Shown in pieces: positions 1 through 10,318 of a DNA stretch of 64,000 nt; the stretch's first letter is position 1; the number at the start of each line of letters is the position of its first letter. Under the pieces are notes generated by a model that did no database searches, had not been told where the DNA came from, and was given only the letters and a program-made list of their open reading frames with translations. Source of the DNA: Azolla caroliniana (lineage: Eukaryota > Plantae > Polypodiophyta); contig JBHGNT010000007.1 in assembly GCA_043228905.1 (NCBI GenBank), positions 19,716,001 through 19,780,000 on the forward strand, in the 5' to 3' direction. Made by a program: the position numbers and the translations under genes.

Positions 1-2380
1 TCGCCGAAAACTTGCACCTCGGTCTTGGAAATGCATTTTCCTTGGATATGGATCAGACGGCGAAATGGGATACCGACTCTGGGACCCCGAACGCAGACAA
101 ATCGTTCGAAGTTCGGACGTTGTGTTCAACGAGTCGGCTATGACTCCATCAGTCGAAACACCGATCGAAGTCCGAAGGGTAACATTTTCCGATGTGCCGA
201 CCCTTCAAGAAGGCCCCACTCTTAACACACGGTCAGCTTCACGGGTAGCTGAACCTTACACTACCGACTCGGACAACTCCGACTCGGCACAGCAGAATAA
301 CTCGCTTCCGGACCATCCGACCTCGATACCCGATACGACCAGTCCAATCATACCTCGACGATCCGAGAGACTGTCGCAACCTCCGGAGAGGTATTCTCCT
401 GGAATTTTCTTCACCGACACCGGCGAACCGACGTCTTACGAAGAAGCATCGACATCTGTCGATTCAGCCACCTGGCATCTGGCGATGGAGTCGGAAATGC
501 ACTCCATTCGGGCAAAGAAGACTTGGGACCTGGTCGAATTACCGAAGAATCGACGTGCTCTTCCTTGCAAGTGGGTCTATCGACTAAAAGAGACGTCTGA
601 TTCGACCACCCCAAAGTACAAGGCCAGATTAGTTGCGAAGGGCTTCCGACAAGAATATGGCGTCGACTTCGACGAGATTTTTTCACCAGTGGTGAAAATG
701 ACAACCCTTCGTTTTCTACTCGGCGTAGTGGCAGCCGACAACTTGGAGCTGATTCAGCTAGATGTCAAAACAGCCTTCCTCCATGGTGATCTTGAAGAGG
801 AAATTTATATGGAGCAGCCAAAAGGCTTCGTGGCAACTGGCCAAGAACATCTAGTCTGCCGACTCAGGAAGAGTCTATACGGCCTCAAACAGGCACCGCG
901 ACAATGGTACAAGAAGTTCGACAACTTCATCCAATCGATCGGCTTCTCAAAAAGCGATGAGGACCATTGTCTTTTTACCAACACAGCTCAAGATGGATCA
1001 CCCATCTTCCTCATCATTTACGTGGACGACATGCTAATTTCTGGATGCCACGCAGGCGAACTTGCCGATCTCATTCGGCAATTGCGGTTGAAGTTTGCCA
1101 TGAAGGACCTCGGTCCGGCACGACACATACTTGGCATGAAGATTAGTCGGCACCGCGATAAACGACATCTTTTTTTGTCTCAGACCGACTATATCGGACG
1201 TGTCTTGGAACGCTTCAACATGCAATCAGCCAAATCTGCTTCAACCCCGCTCCCCATGAATCTTCGGCTCTCTCAACGAGACTGCCCGACATCCGGTCCG
1301 CAGGGGGAAGATATGAAGTCGGTACCGTATGCACCGGCAGTCGGCTCCCTTATGTACCTGATGGTCGCGACACGGCCTGATATCTCTCATGCCGTAGGAG
1401 TCGTTAGCAGATTTATGCACAATCCTGGCCGATCGCATTGGAACGCAGTCAAGCATGTGTTCAGATATCTGGCTGGCACAAAAGACCACGACATTCTTTT
1501 CGGTCCGAACTCAACCTCAGGCGTAGTCGGTTACACCGACTCGGATTTCGCCGACTGTATAGACAGTCGGAAATCAACAACCGGATACTGCTTCAAATTC
1601 GGCAATGGAGCAATTTCGTGGAAGTCGAAACTTCAGGAGTGCACAGCGACCTCAACGACCGAAGCAGAATATGTAGCTGTGTCCGACGCTGCAAAAGAAG
1701 CTTTGTGGCTCGGCCGGCTGCTGCACACGTTTCGGCAAGTCGACCATGACTCGGCCCCAGTTGTCTATAGCGACAGTCAAGGTGCTGTTGCCCTGTCGAA
1801 AAATCCGGTTCACCACAACGCCTCCAAACATATCGACGTTCGATATCACTTCGTTCGGGACTGCGTCATTTCAGGGAAAATCGGTCTAGAGAAAATATCC
1901 ACAACCGACAATGTCGCAGATGGAATGACCAAGTGTCTTTCGGCAGACCGCTTTCGGTCTCTTCGGCATCAGATGGGCGTAACGACAAACCAGTCCGGTT
2001 AGAGCCGGACACAGCGCAGGATGGTTTCAGACAACCGACATCAGTTCCTTAATGATCGGCTTCAACTCTTCCGACCCGACCAGTTCGGTCTTCTGCCTTC
2101 GGACCCTGCCGACTCAAACAAAAACTGATATGTCCGAGAACCTAGGTTTATACCTGTAATCTTAGATAACCCATGTATACGCCCATTACGGGGGAGTGTC
2201 GAATACAAGTGTATAATGGACGTATTCACACTATCCTTTTGTATAGCTCAAGTTTGGGCCATTTGTGTAATTAGCATAAATGGTAGTTGCCCTAAGTCTA
2301 TCACTATATAAAGTGACCTAGTAACCTTTTTGTAAGGTTGGTTGTATTATTGTTTCTATCTAATAGAAAGATTCTTTGTG

Positions 2381-2449
<69 letters not shown>

Positions 2450-2481
2450 ACGATCTCAGAAACTGTCATACGCAGGTTTCA
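1..2481 (+). mobile_element. Ty1/copia LTR retrotransposon A, 3' part (5' end outside window)
   Basis: Open integrase-tail/RT/RNase H frame to 2002. PPT GGGGGAG at 2190-2196, then an LTR TGTC(2197)...TTTCA(2481) with a TATA box near 2305 and a (CT)n tract. The LTR end is inferred from the TG..CA rule because the partner LTR is not in the window. Confidence 0.88.
2..2002 (+). CDS. copia Pol C-terminal part (integrase tail, reverse transcriptase, RNase H), uninterrupted
   Basis: Motifs [61 protein letters not shown]. The frame is open from the window edge. Confidence 0.93.
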   Translation, partial: RRKLAPRSWKCIFLGYGSDGEMGYRLWDPERRQIVRSSDVVFNESAMTPSVETPIEVRRVTFSDVPTLQEGPTLNTRSASRVAEPYTTDSDNSDSAQQNNSLPDHPTSIPDTTSPIIPRRSERLSQPPERYSPGIFFTDTGEPTSYEEASTSVDSATWHLAMESEMHSIRAKKTWDLVELPKNRRALPCKWVYRLKETSDSTTPKYKARLVAKGFRQEYGVDFDEIFSPVVKMTTLRFLLGVVAADNLELIQLDVKTAFLHGDLEEEIYMEQPKGFVATGQEHLVCRLRKSLYGLKQAPRQWYKKFDNFIQSIGFSKSDEDHCLFTNTAQDGSPIFLIIYVDDMLISGCHAGELADLIRQLRLKFAMKDLGPARHILGMKISRHRDKRHLFLSQTDYIGRVLERFNMQSAKSASTPLPMNLRLSQRDCPTSGPQGEDMKSVPYAPAVGSLMYLMVATRPDISHAVGVVSRFMHNPGRSHWNAVKHVFRYLAGTKDHDILFGPNSTSGVVGYTDSDFADCIDSRKSTTGYCFKFGNGAISWKSKLQECTATSTTEAEYVAVSDAAKEALWLGRLLHTFRQVDHDSAPVVYSDSQGAVALSKNPVHHNASKHIDVRYHFVRDCVISGKIGLEKISTTDNVADGMTKCLSADRFRSLRHQMGVTTNQSG

Positions 2482-2531
2482 ACTAGAATCGAATGCTTCC
2501 TGATCTTCCGCATTGACGGCCTTGTCTCTCC

Positions 2532-2590
<59 letters not shown>
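2362..2590. repeat. (CT)n and (GA)n microsatellites
   Basis: (CT)n at about 2382-2445 and (GA)n at about 2537-2589, read directly. Confidence 0.9.
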
Positions 2591-2594
<4 letters not shown>

Positions 2595-3047
2595 GAATCA
2601 AACTGTCAGAACCAAGGATAAAAGATAGAGTGATGGAAGAAGGATATTAGAGAACACGAGAAGAAAGGAACCAAATACTAAGAGAAGAATGGATGTATAA
2701 GATAGAGAAAGAAAGAGAATGGATACAAGATATGTAATGAGAGCTAAAGACTGGTGTTGATTCGAATTGATTTGAGAATACATGTATGCCCTTATTTATA
2801 GGTTCCTATAGAATAACTTAGAGATTTCTAAAATGTTCTAGAATGTTCTAGACCTAGAATGCTCTAGGACATTCTAGAACATTCTAGAATAATCTAGAGT
2901 TTTTACAATAATCAATGTAATACAAGAAGTAGCTTTTATTGTTTGATATAACAATAAGCTATCTTAATGGTTGAGGTTTTCAAGTATGGATTACAAGGTT
3001 CGAGGTTCAAGTCCGGGTGATGCCATAATGGTCATGTGTTCATGACA
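2482..3047 (-). mobile_element. Gypsy-type LTR (5' part, U3/R), interrupted by copia A and inserted in the 5' LTR of copia B
   Basis: On the minus strand it starts TGTCATG at 3047, has a TTCTAGAA array and CCTATAAATAA. It is homologous to the arms of the 21665-22626 element, which carry a gypsy RT fragment. Copia B LTR sequence resumes at 3048. Confidence 0.7.
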
Positions 3048-3285
3048 ACAAGAGGTCGTTGCCTCTGTGCCCCATTGTTGTAATCTTGATATAGTGATAT
3101 CTTGCAGTTTGAGGGCTACCGTGGTTTTTTTCCCAGATTTGGGTTTTTCCACGTTAACATCCAGTGCACTCTCTTCTTTACTGTTTCGTGTGTACATACA
3201 TCTCATCACATCCCTGTATTCTGTGCTTGATCTGACATCTCGGTTGTGGCCGAGCATAACTTAGGAAACCGTATTCCTTTCAAAC

Positions 3286-3297
3286 TGGTATCAGAGC
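3286..3297 (+). promoter_or_regulatory. Primer binding site (tRNA-iMet) of copia B
   Basis: TGGTATCAGAGC, 3 nt after the LTR end TTTCA. Confidence 0.92.
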
Positions 3298-3313
3298 GAA
3301 ACGACACAGAAAA

Positions 3314-4283
3314 ATGGATGATTCGTTGGGAGGCTTGTTCAAGCTCACTGGCTCCAACTATTCAGTGTGGAAGTCGAAGATGAGGGACATGCTCGTGGTT
3401 AAAGATGTTTGGCTGCTGGTTCAGTTCGAGGACAAGAGACCAAACAAAATCGATGCCACGATATGGGAGGTGATGCACATGAAGACAACGGCGTACATAC
3501 GGTGCTTCATCGACATGAGTCTATACAACAACTTCAATAAAGAGAGGAAGGCTCATGAGCTCTGGAGAAGATCAGCATTATGTTTCAAAACAAAAATGTT
3601 GTTAATCAGGTTTCGGTATTTAGGAAGCTAGTAAAACTCCGGTCCCAAGACGGCTCCAGCATGGTGGAGCACATGAATGTCTTCTAGGGGTTGATCCACC
3701 AGGCAACATCATTGGAAGTACCTCTCACCGATGAGGTACTAGCACTGCTCCTGCTCGGTTCCCTCCTAGATAGCTGGGAGACGTTGGTCGTCACTTTGGG
3801 CAACGCCGGGCCGGAAGGGAAACGCTCATCCCTAGCAAGGGTGAAGTCGAGCTTTCTAGATGAGGAGGCGCGTTGGAAAGACAAGGATACAAACTACGAC
3901 TCCAAAGCGCTTCTTACCGAATCGGAATGTGGAAGGCAAAGGAACCGTAGTCCCCAGAACCGGGAAAAGTCGGGGACACGGTCAAAGTCAAGGGGGAGGC
4001 CTACTTGCTTCCTACTTGCTTCTATTGCGGCAAGCCGGGACACTTCCAGAAGAACTGTCGGCACTTCCGAAAAGACAAGGAAACCGACGGTACCGATTCG
4101 AAGCAGACACTGGACCGAAACGGTAAAGACCGGAGGGGGCCAGAGCGGAAGAGAGCGACGGCAATTGCGGCAAGTGAAGAAGAGTTGATGCTCATCACCG
4201 AGGAGAGTGAGCTAAACCTTGCCGGCGACGAGATGACCTGGGTAGTCCATTCCGGAGCATCGTTCCACCTTACCCCAGACCGT
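3314..4283 (+). pseudogene. copia B gag/zinc knuckle/protease start, frameshifted
   Basis: KLTGSNYSVWKSKM, LLLGSL.DSW, CFYCGKPGHFQKNC, WVVHSGASFH (DSGAS-like). Confidence 0.88.
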
Positions 4284-5295
4284 TGTCGTGCCTTTCGGCT
4301 CTGGATCGTTTGCGTGAGTCGGGTGGGAACCACTGGGGTTTTGGACTAGGAGGAAGAATTTCAGACAAGTTTATGGTTATGGATTGATTTATTAGAAAGA
4401 TAGGTAAGTTATGAATCTCATGAATCACATGAGTTTAGTGTATTTAATCAATATTTAGATAGTAAGAGACAATTTTGATCACAACTTCGTGAATCCCACG
4501 AATATATTATATTAATTGGTGTTTTAGGAAATATATCCAATTCCCCAAATATTTCACACACCTATTACATTGTGCTCCTCATCCTTATATAGTGATGAGA
4601 GAGTCTTCACCATCCATCTTTTCTCTAACTATAGACTATATGCTTTATCTAACATGTTTTTTCTAACTTTAGTTTTCATGCACACTGCATGTGCATGATT
4701 AGCTTTCTATCCCATCTTTTTCTTTTAACTCAAGTGTGTATGTATGAGTAACTTAGTGTACCATGCATATCTAGAATATTTACATGGGATAAAGTTTAGT
4801 ATACCTTTAAAATTCATAATATGCTAGTATATTGATAAGGCTTAACATTATTCACATGGAGGTGCAAGGTTCGAATCTTGCCCTATGCATGTAATATATA
4901 TTTTTATAGTTTCTTCTATTTACAAATATATCTCTTCTCACCGGCCTTCTTCATCCGGCTCTTGCCGGTTCTGCTTCATCCGGTTCTCGCCGGTTTTCTT
5001 TATCCGGTTCTTACCGGGTCCTCCTTACCAGTCCTCTTCGTTCGTTTCTCACCGACTCTCACCGGCCTTCTTCATCCGGCTCTTGCCGGGTCTGCTTCAT
5101 CCGGTTCTCGTCGGTTTTCTTTATCCGGTTCTTACCGGGTCCTTACCGGTCCTCTTCGTCCTGTTCTTGCCGGGTCTCCTTACCAGTTTCGATCCTTACC
5201 GGTTCCTCCTTCCAGTTCTTACCGGTTACTCCATATCCTATCCGGAGAGACCAAAAATGTCGTTTTTCACGTAGTGTGCGAATTACACTATGACA
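4284..5295 (-). repeat. 3' LTR of Trp-primed element
   Basis: Near-identical to 7434-8454; adjacent to the minus-strand PPT TTAGGTGGGGCAAG. Confidence 0.93.
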
Positions 5296-5396
5296 CTTGC
5301 CCCCACCTAACCCGCACATCCTCCGGTATGTGCCGAAGTTGTCGGTGATTGTTAGTTTCGTCCATCCGTTCTCCGCATGGTTGGTTTCGTCGCCGG

Positions 5397-7398
5397 TCAT
5401 TTTTGGTTGCCGACTCTGCCCGGTTTCTGGTTCAGTTCAGTTGCCGGCTCTATCCGGTCTCCGGTTACCGGCCCTCGTAATTCTTCGTTACTTGTTGTAC
5501 CCTCCGTTTTTCTCGCCATGTCAGCTTTGTCTCTCCATTTTGAACACAACCATTCTTTCCACCCAACCCATTTTCGCCATCCGATCCACCATATTCTTCG
5601 TTCATTCTTTGCATTGCCATGAGTGGTTGTCATGGTCCCTTGTGGTCCTCTTGAGCATCTCGGCGTACTGTCTCTCTCCACTCCGTGCTTGTCTTCCGTA
5701 GGTTCTACCCACGCGTCGATGTCAACCTCCGAATACGCGCTCGCTGTTAGGTCCTTGTGCGGCGTTAATGTATGCTTTATTTCTCGTTGTTGCGCATGCG
5801 TCGTATTACGCCCTAGCGCATGCTTCGTATTCCATCGTAGAGCATGCGTCGTATTACCCCGTAGTGCATGCTTCTTTTTGCACCATAGCGCGTCCTTCTT
5901 TTTGCACCGTAGCGTGTGCTTCTTTTTACGTCGTAGCACGTGCTTCTTCTTGCGCCGTAGCGTGTGCTTCTTTTTACGTCGTAGCACGTGCTTCTTCTTG
6001 CGCCGTAGCGTGTGCTTCTTTTTACGTCGTAGCACGTGCTTCTTTTGGTGCTGTAGCGCGTGCTCCGTATTACATGCTTCTCCCATCGTAGACCCGACCT
6101 TCGCATTGTCGTGCTTTTGTTTACATCGGAATTTCAGACGGATCATCTTCCATCCGAACCGGCTTCCGACTTTACCTTCCTTGTTGCCACCTCCCGTCTC
6201 TCCGGTCTCACGTTGGTTCTCGGACACAACTGCCGAAGTCTCTAGAATTAGTGGGTAGGAATCCTTGGTATTATCATCCTCCGTCGTTTCACCCATAGCC
6301 ATATTCTCGGCTATCTCTCCGTCATACGCATTGGCTTCAACCTTTGTTTTCTCTCCGCCACCTTCTGTCTCTTCGGTCTCACGTTGCCTTTCGAACGCAA
6401 TCGCCAAAGTCTCTAGAATCAGTGGTGGGGAAATCTCGATATGGCCATCCGCCATTGATTCGTCCATAGCCACCTTCGATTCGATGTCATCTTTCGTGCC
6501 GACCTCCTCAATCAAGTCCTCCTTGCTCTCTTTTACTGCATCAATTATGCAAACATCAATTATGCTTACCCCTTTTTCACCCGATGTTTCGGACACTTGT
6601 ATTCCGAAATCTTCTTCTCCATTTGGGTTATCGGCCTTGTCCTTCATCGTCGTTCTTTCGCAAGACAAGAGGGTAGCTCGTTGTACACCCTCTTCCGTCG
6701 CACCATCATGTTGTATTTCGGACTTCATATCGGCTCCATCGTTTGTCTTCAATCGACCATCTTTCATCGGCCATGTCGTTGACAAGATTCTCATCTTCCT
6801 CTCATCATGTCTCCAGCATACCCTTTGGACTTCGGCCCAATCTTCGGTAAGACCATTCGCACCGTCATCATCTTCGAGTTCGATCCCGATGTCCATCCTT
6901 TCTTTTCGATCGATCGATTTTACGAACATTAGGACTTTATCCATCCCCACCAATCGTTGTTCCCGCTCTGAGAGTTGAGTAAAACGGTACTCAAACTCTA
7001 AGAATGCTAGTGTTGCACTTCGGTGGGTCTTCTCCGATGCCACCCATTCATCAAACTCTCGCCGATCTCTCGTAGTCATATGCCTCTCGTAAAGCTTCTT
7101 CAAAGGACCTCCATATTGGGTTTTGTTGCCGTATCTTGTGCATTCTCTCTTGTAGCTCATCTGTGGCTACCCGGCTAAAGGATATCACTTGCAATCCTTC
7201 CGGTATCCCACATCGCATCATCTCCGCCTTATCGTCACATAGGTAACGTGACACATCCTTTCCATTGAATTCCCCATTTCGTCGCACAAGCCGCTCTACT
7301 GCCGCCTTCATCTCCGACATCATGTGTTGTTCTTGTTGCATCCGCTCAATCATCATCATCATCATCATGGACATCGCCTCTTGTTGATTCTCCATCTC
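5397..7398 (-). pseudogene. Gag-like ORF (one frameshift near 7150) with acidic linker and basic 8-aa repeats
   Basis: N-terminal GEFNGKDVSRYL...EM helical gag-like segment in ORF 7051-7578 continues in ORF 5397-7160, followed by an E/D-rich region and (KKKHV/TLRR)n. Confidence 0.65.
5800..6075. repeat. 24-bp coding minisatellite (about 11 units)
   Basis: Repeats of cgtagc(a/g)(c/t)gtgcttcttttt..., translating on the minus strand as KKKHVLRR/KKKHTLRR. Confidence 0.9.
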
Positions 7399-7412
7399 CT
7401 TGCCACCCGTCC

Positions 7413-7429
7413 TCACGTCGGGTTCACCA
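7413..7429 (-). promoter_or_regulatory. Primer binding site complementary to tRNA-Trp
   Basis: Plus strand TCACGTCGGGTTCACCA equals the 3' end of plant cytosolic tRNA-Trp plus CCA (recalled, not searched); it lies 4 nt from the LTR. Confidence 0.85.
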
Positions 7430-7433
7430 AATG

Positions 7434-8454
7434 TGTCGTGCCTTTCGGCTCTGGATCGTTTGCGTGAGTCGGGTGGGAACCGCTGGGGTTTTGGACTAGG
7501 AGGAAGAATTTCAGACAAGTTTATGGTTATGGATTGATTTATTAGAAAGATAGGTAAGTTATGAATCTCATGAATCACATGAGTTTAGTGTATTTAATCA
7601 ATATTTAGATAGTAAGAGACAATTTTGATCACAACTTCGTGAATCCCACGAATATATTATATTAATTGGTGTTTTAGGAAATATATCCAATTCCCCAAAT
7701 ATTTCACACACTTATTACATTGTGCTCCTCATCCTTATATAGTGATGAGAGAGTCTTCACCATCCATGCTTTTTCACTAACTATAGACTATATGCTTTAT
7801 CTAACATGCTTTTTCTAAGTTACTTTAGTTTTCATGCACACTGCATGTGCATGATTAGCTTTCTATCCCATCTTTTTCTTTTAACTCAAGTGTGTATGTA
7901 TGAGTAACTTGTTGTACCATGCATATCTAGAATATTTACATGGGATAAAGTTTAGTATACCTTTAAAATTCATAATATGCTAGTATATTGATAAGGCTTA
8001 ACATTATTCACATGGAGGTGCAAGGTTCAAATATTGCCCTATGCATGTAATATATATTTTTATAGTTTCTTCTATTTACAAATATATCTCTTCTCACCGG
8101 CCTTCTTCATCCGGCTCTTGCCGGTTCTGCTTCATCCGGTTCTCGCCGGTTTTCTTTATCCGGTTCTTACCGGGTCCTCCTTACCGGTCCTCTTCGTCCG
8201 TTTCTCACCGACTCTCACCGGCCTTCTTCATCCGGCTCTTGCCAAGTCTGCTTCATCCGGTTCTCGCCGGTTTTCTTTATCCGGTTCTTACCGGGTCCTC
8301 CTTACCGGTCCTCTTCGTCCGGCTCTTGGCGGGTCTCCTTACTGGTTTCGATCCTTACCGGTTCCTCCTTCCGGTTCTTACCGGTTACTCCATATCCTAT
8401 CCGGAGAGACCAAAAATGTCGTTTTTCACATAGTGTGTGAATTACACTACGACA
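7434..8454 (-). repeat. 5' LTR of Trp-primed element
   Basis: Direct repeat of 4284-5295, adjacent to the PBS. Confidence 0.93.
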
Positions 8455-8458
8455 CCGT

Positions 8459-10318
8459 AAATACTTCTCATCTTACACAGTTGGTGATCACGGTTGTATC
8501 CGGATGGGGAATGAAGGTACATGTCGAATTGTCGGCATAGGAGATGTGTGGTTGACAACACCAACCGGATGCAAGCTGCTGCTGAAGGATGTCTGACACG
8601 TTCCGAAGGTTCGACTGAACCTGATATCAGCCGGTCGGCTAGATGATGAAGGCTACACAGGTAGCATCCGGAACAGTGTTCGACAAAGGGAGCCTGATTG
8701 TGGCTCGGGCCCGGAAGGTCAACACGTTGTACCTGATGAATGCCCGGTTATGCTCGGAAGAAGTGAACATGGCTTCCGACACTACTGGTGAGTTGTGGCA
8801 CAAGAGATTGTGTCACATAAGCGTGAAGGGGATGAAGAGGCTTGCCAATGACAACCTCATTACGGTGAAGAACGTGCATCTTGAGAGGTGCATCGACTGC
8901 CTAGCCAGTAAGCAAAACCGGACCTCTTTCCGATCAAGGACACCGATGAGACGTAATGTACCACTAGAGTTGGTGCATACTGATGTGTGTCAAGTGGACA
9001 CGAAGTCACATGCCAGATCGCGGTACTTTATGACGTTCATAGATGACCATAGCCGGAAGTTGTGGGCCACACCGTTGAAGACGAAGGATCAGGTGTTATC
9101 CGTCTTCAAAGAGCTCCACGCGAGAGTGGAAAGAGAAACCGACCAGAAGTTGAAGGCGGTTCGAATAGATAACGGAGGAAAATACCGGGGGTAGTTCGAG
9201 GAGTACTGCCACTCGAACGGAATCTGGCTCGAATTTACCGTGCCGAAGACACCGGAACTGAATGGGCTGGCCGAGAGGACAAACCGGACCATAATGGAGA
9301 GTGTCCGAAGTATGTTGGTGCATGCAAAATTAGATAAGACGTTTTGGGCTGAGGCACTGTCGACGGCGACATACGTGATAAACAGATCACCCTCAATACC
9401 CTTGGACGGAGACACGCCGTAGAGAGTATGGACCGGTAAGAAAGTGTCCTACCGGCATCTGAAGGTGTTCGAGTGTCTCGTGTTGGATCCAAAGACCCGG
9501 CCATGCATATTCCTCGGATATGGTGATGATGAGTTCGGCTACCGAGTGTGGGATCCGGTTGATAAGAAGGTTTTCCGGAGCCGAGATATTATCTTCATGG
9601 AGGACAAGACTCTTGCCGACTGGGAGTCAGAGAAGAAGATAATGAACTCCGATGAGACTCGGACCCACCCGGCTAAGAGCCGGTTGACACTCGAGGAACC
9701 AGCCGGTTATGGTGAGGATACCAAACCGGCAGAAGAAGAAGTAGAGGAAGTTGAAATCGAAACCAGACAAGACCCCGAATCGGATTCGGATGAAGAACAA
9801 ATAGTGGAGCCTGTTGCCGAAGGCCAAAGACGGAGATATCCTCTCAGACAGAGAAGGGCTCCCCGGAGATTTCCGGATGCAGAGCATGTGCTATTGACCG
9901 ATGAGGGAGAACCGGAAAGCTTCGAAGAAGCGAAGGATGACACCCACAGCCGCAAATAGTTAAGTGCCATGCAGGATGAGATGGATTCCCTGCATGAGAA
10001 CCATACATATGAATTGGTGGAGTTTTTGAAAGAAATGTGGGCACTCCGAAATAAGTGGGTGTACAAGTTGAAACCGGGAGATGCCGGCAAACCCCCGAGA
10101 TACAAAGCCAGGATCGTGGTGAAGGGGTTCCAGCAGAAGAAGGGTGTGGACTTCGACGAGATATTTGCCTCGGTAGTAAAGATGACTTCCATCCGAACGG
10201 TGCTGAGTATAGCTGCAAGCATGAACCTCGAGGTAGAGCAGCTGGACGTGAAGACAACATTCCTTAACGGTGATCTCGAAGAGGAGATCTACATGCAGCA
10301 ACCGGAAGGATTCGTGGA
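8459..10318 (+). pseudogene. copia B pol (protease end, GAG-pre-integrase, integrase, RT N-half) with stops and frameshifts
   Basis: LWHKRLCH, LELVHTDVC, FIDDHSRK, TPELNGLAER, YKARIVVKGF, QLDVKTTFLNG. Confidence 0.9.

Larger units (their letters stand above)
4284..8454 (-). mobile_element. Non-autonomous gypsy-type LTR element (gag-like ORF only, tRNA-Trp PBS, 4-bp TSD)
   Basis: Direct LTRs 4284-5295 and 7434-8454 (TGTC...GACA). TSD CCGT at 4280-4283 and 8455-8458; removing the insert restores the host frame (TPDR/KYFSSY). PBS at 7413-7429, PPT at 5296-5309 on the minus strand. No pol motifs. Confidence 0.92.

Noticed and set aside
2338-2628. ORF with SLSLSL/RERERE, and similar CVCVCV or YIYI ORFs at 28039-28312, 32750-33110, 45879-46145 and 63346-63583
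   Set aside because: These are translations of microsatellites or low-complexity DNA.
2953-3025. Functional tRNA genes here and at about 4820, 7980 and 22545
   Set aside because: Acceptor and anticodon stems do not pair convincingly; only the box motifs and their spacing remain, so they are reported as tRNA-like modules.
4878-5348. Hydrophobic 156-aa and 168-aa ORFs duplicated at 8034-8540
   Set aside because: They lie within LTR CCGG arrays, antisense to the element, and are open because of low complexity.
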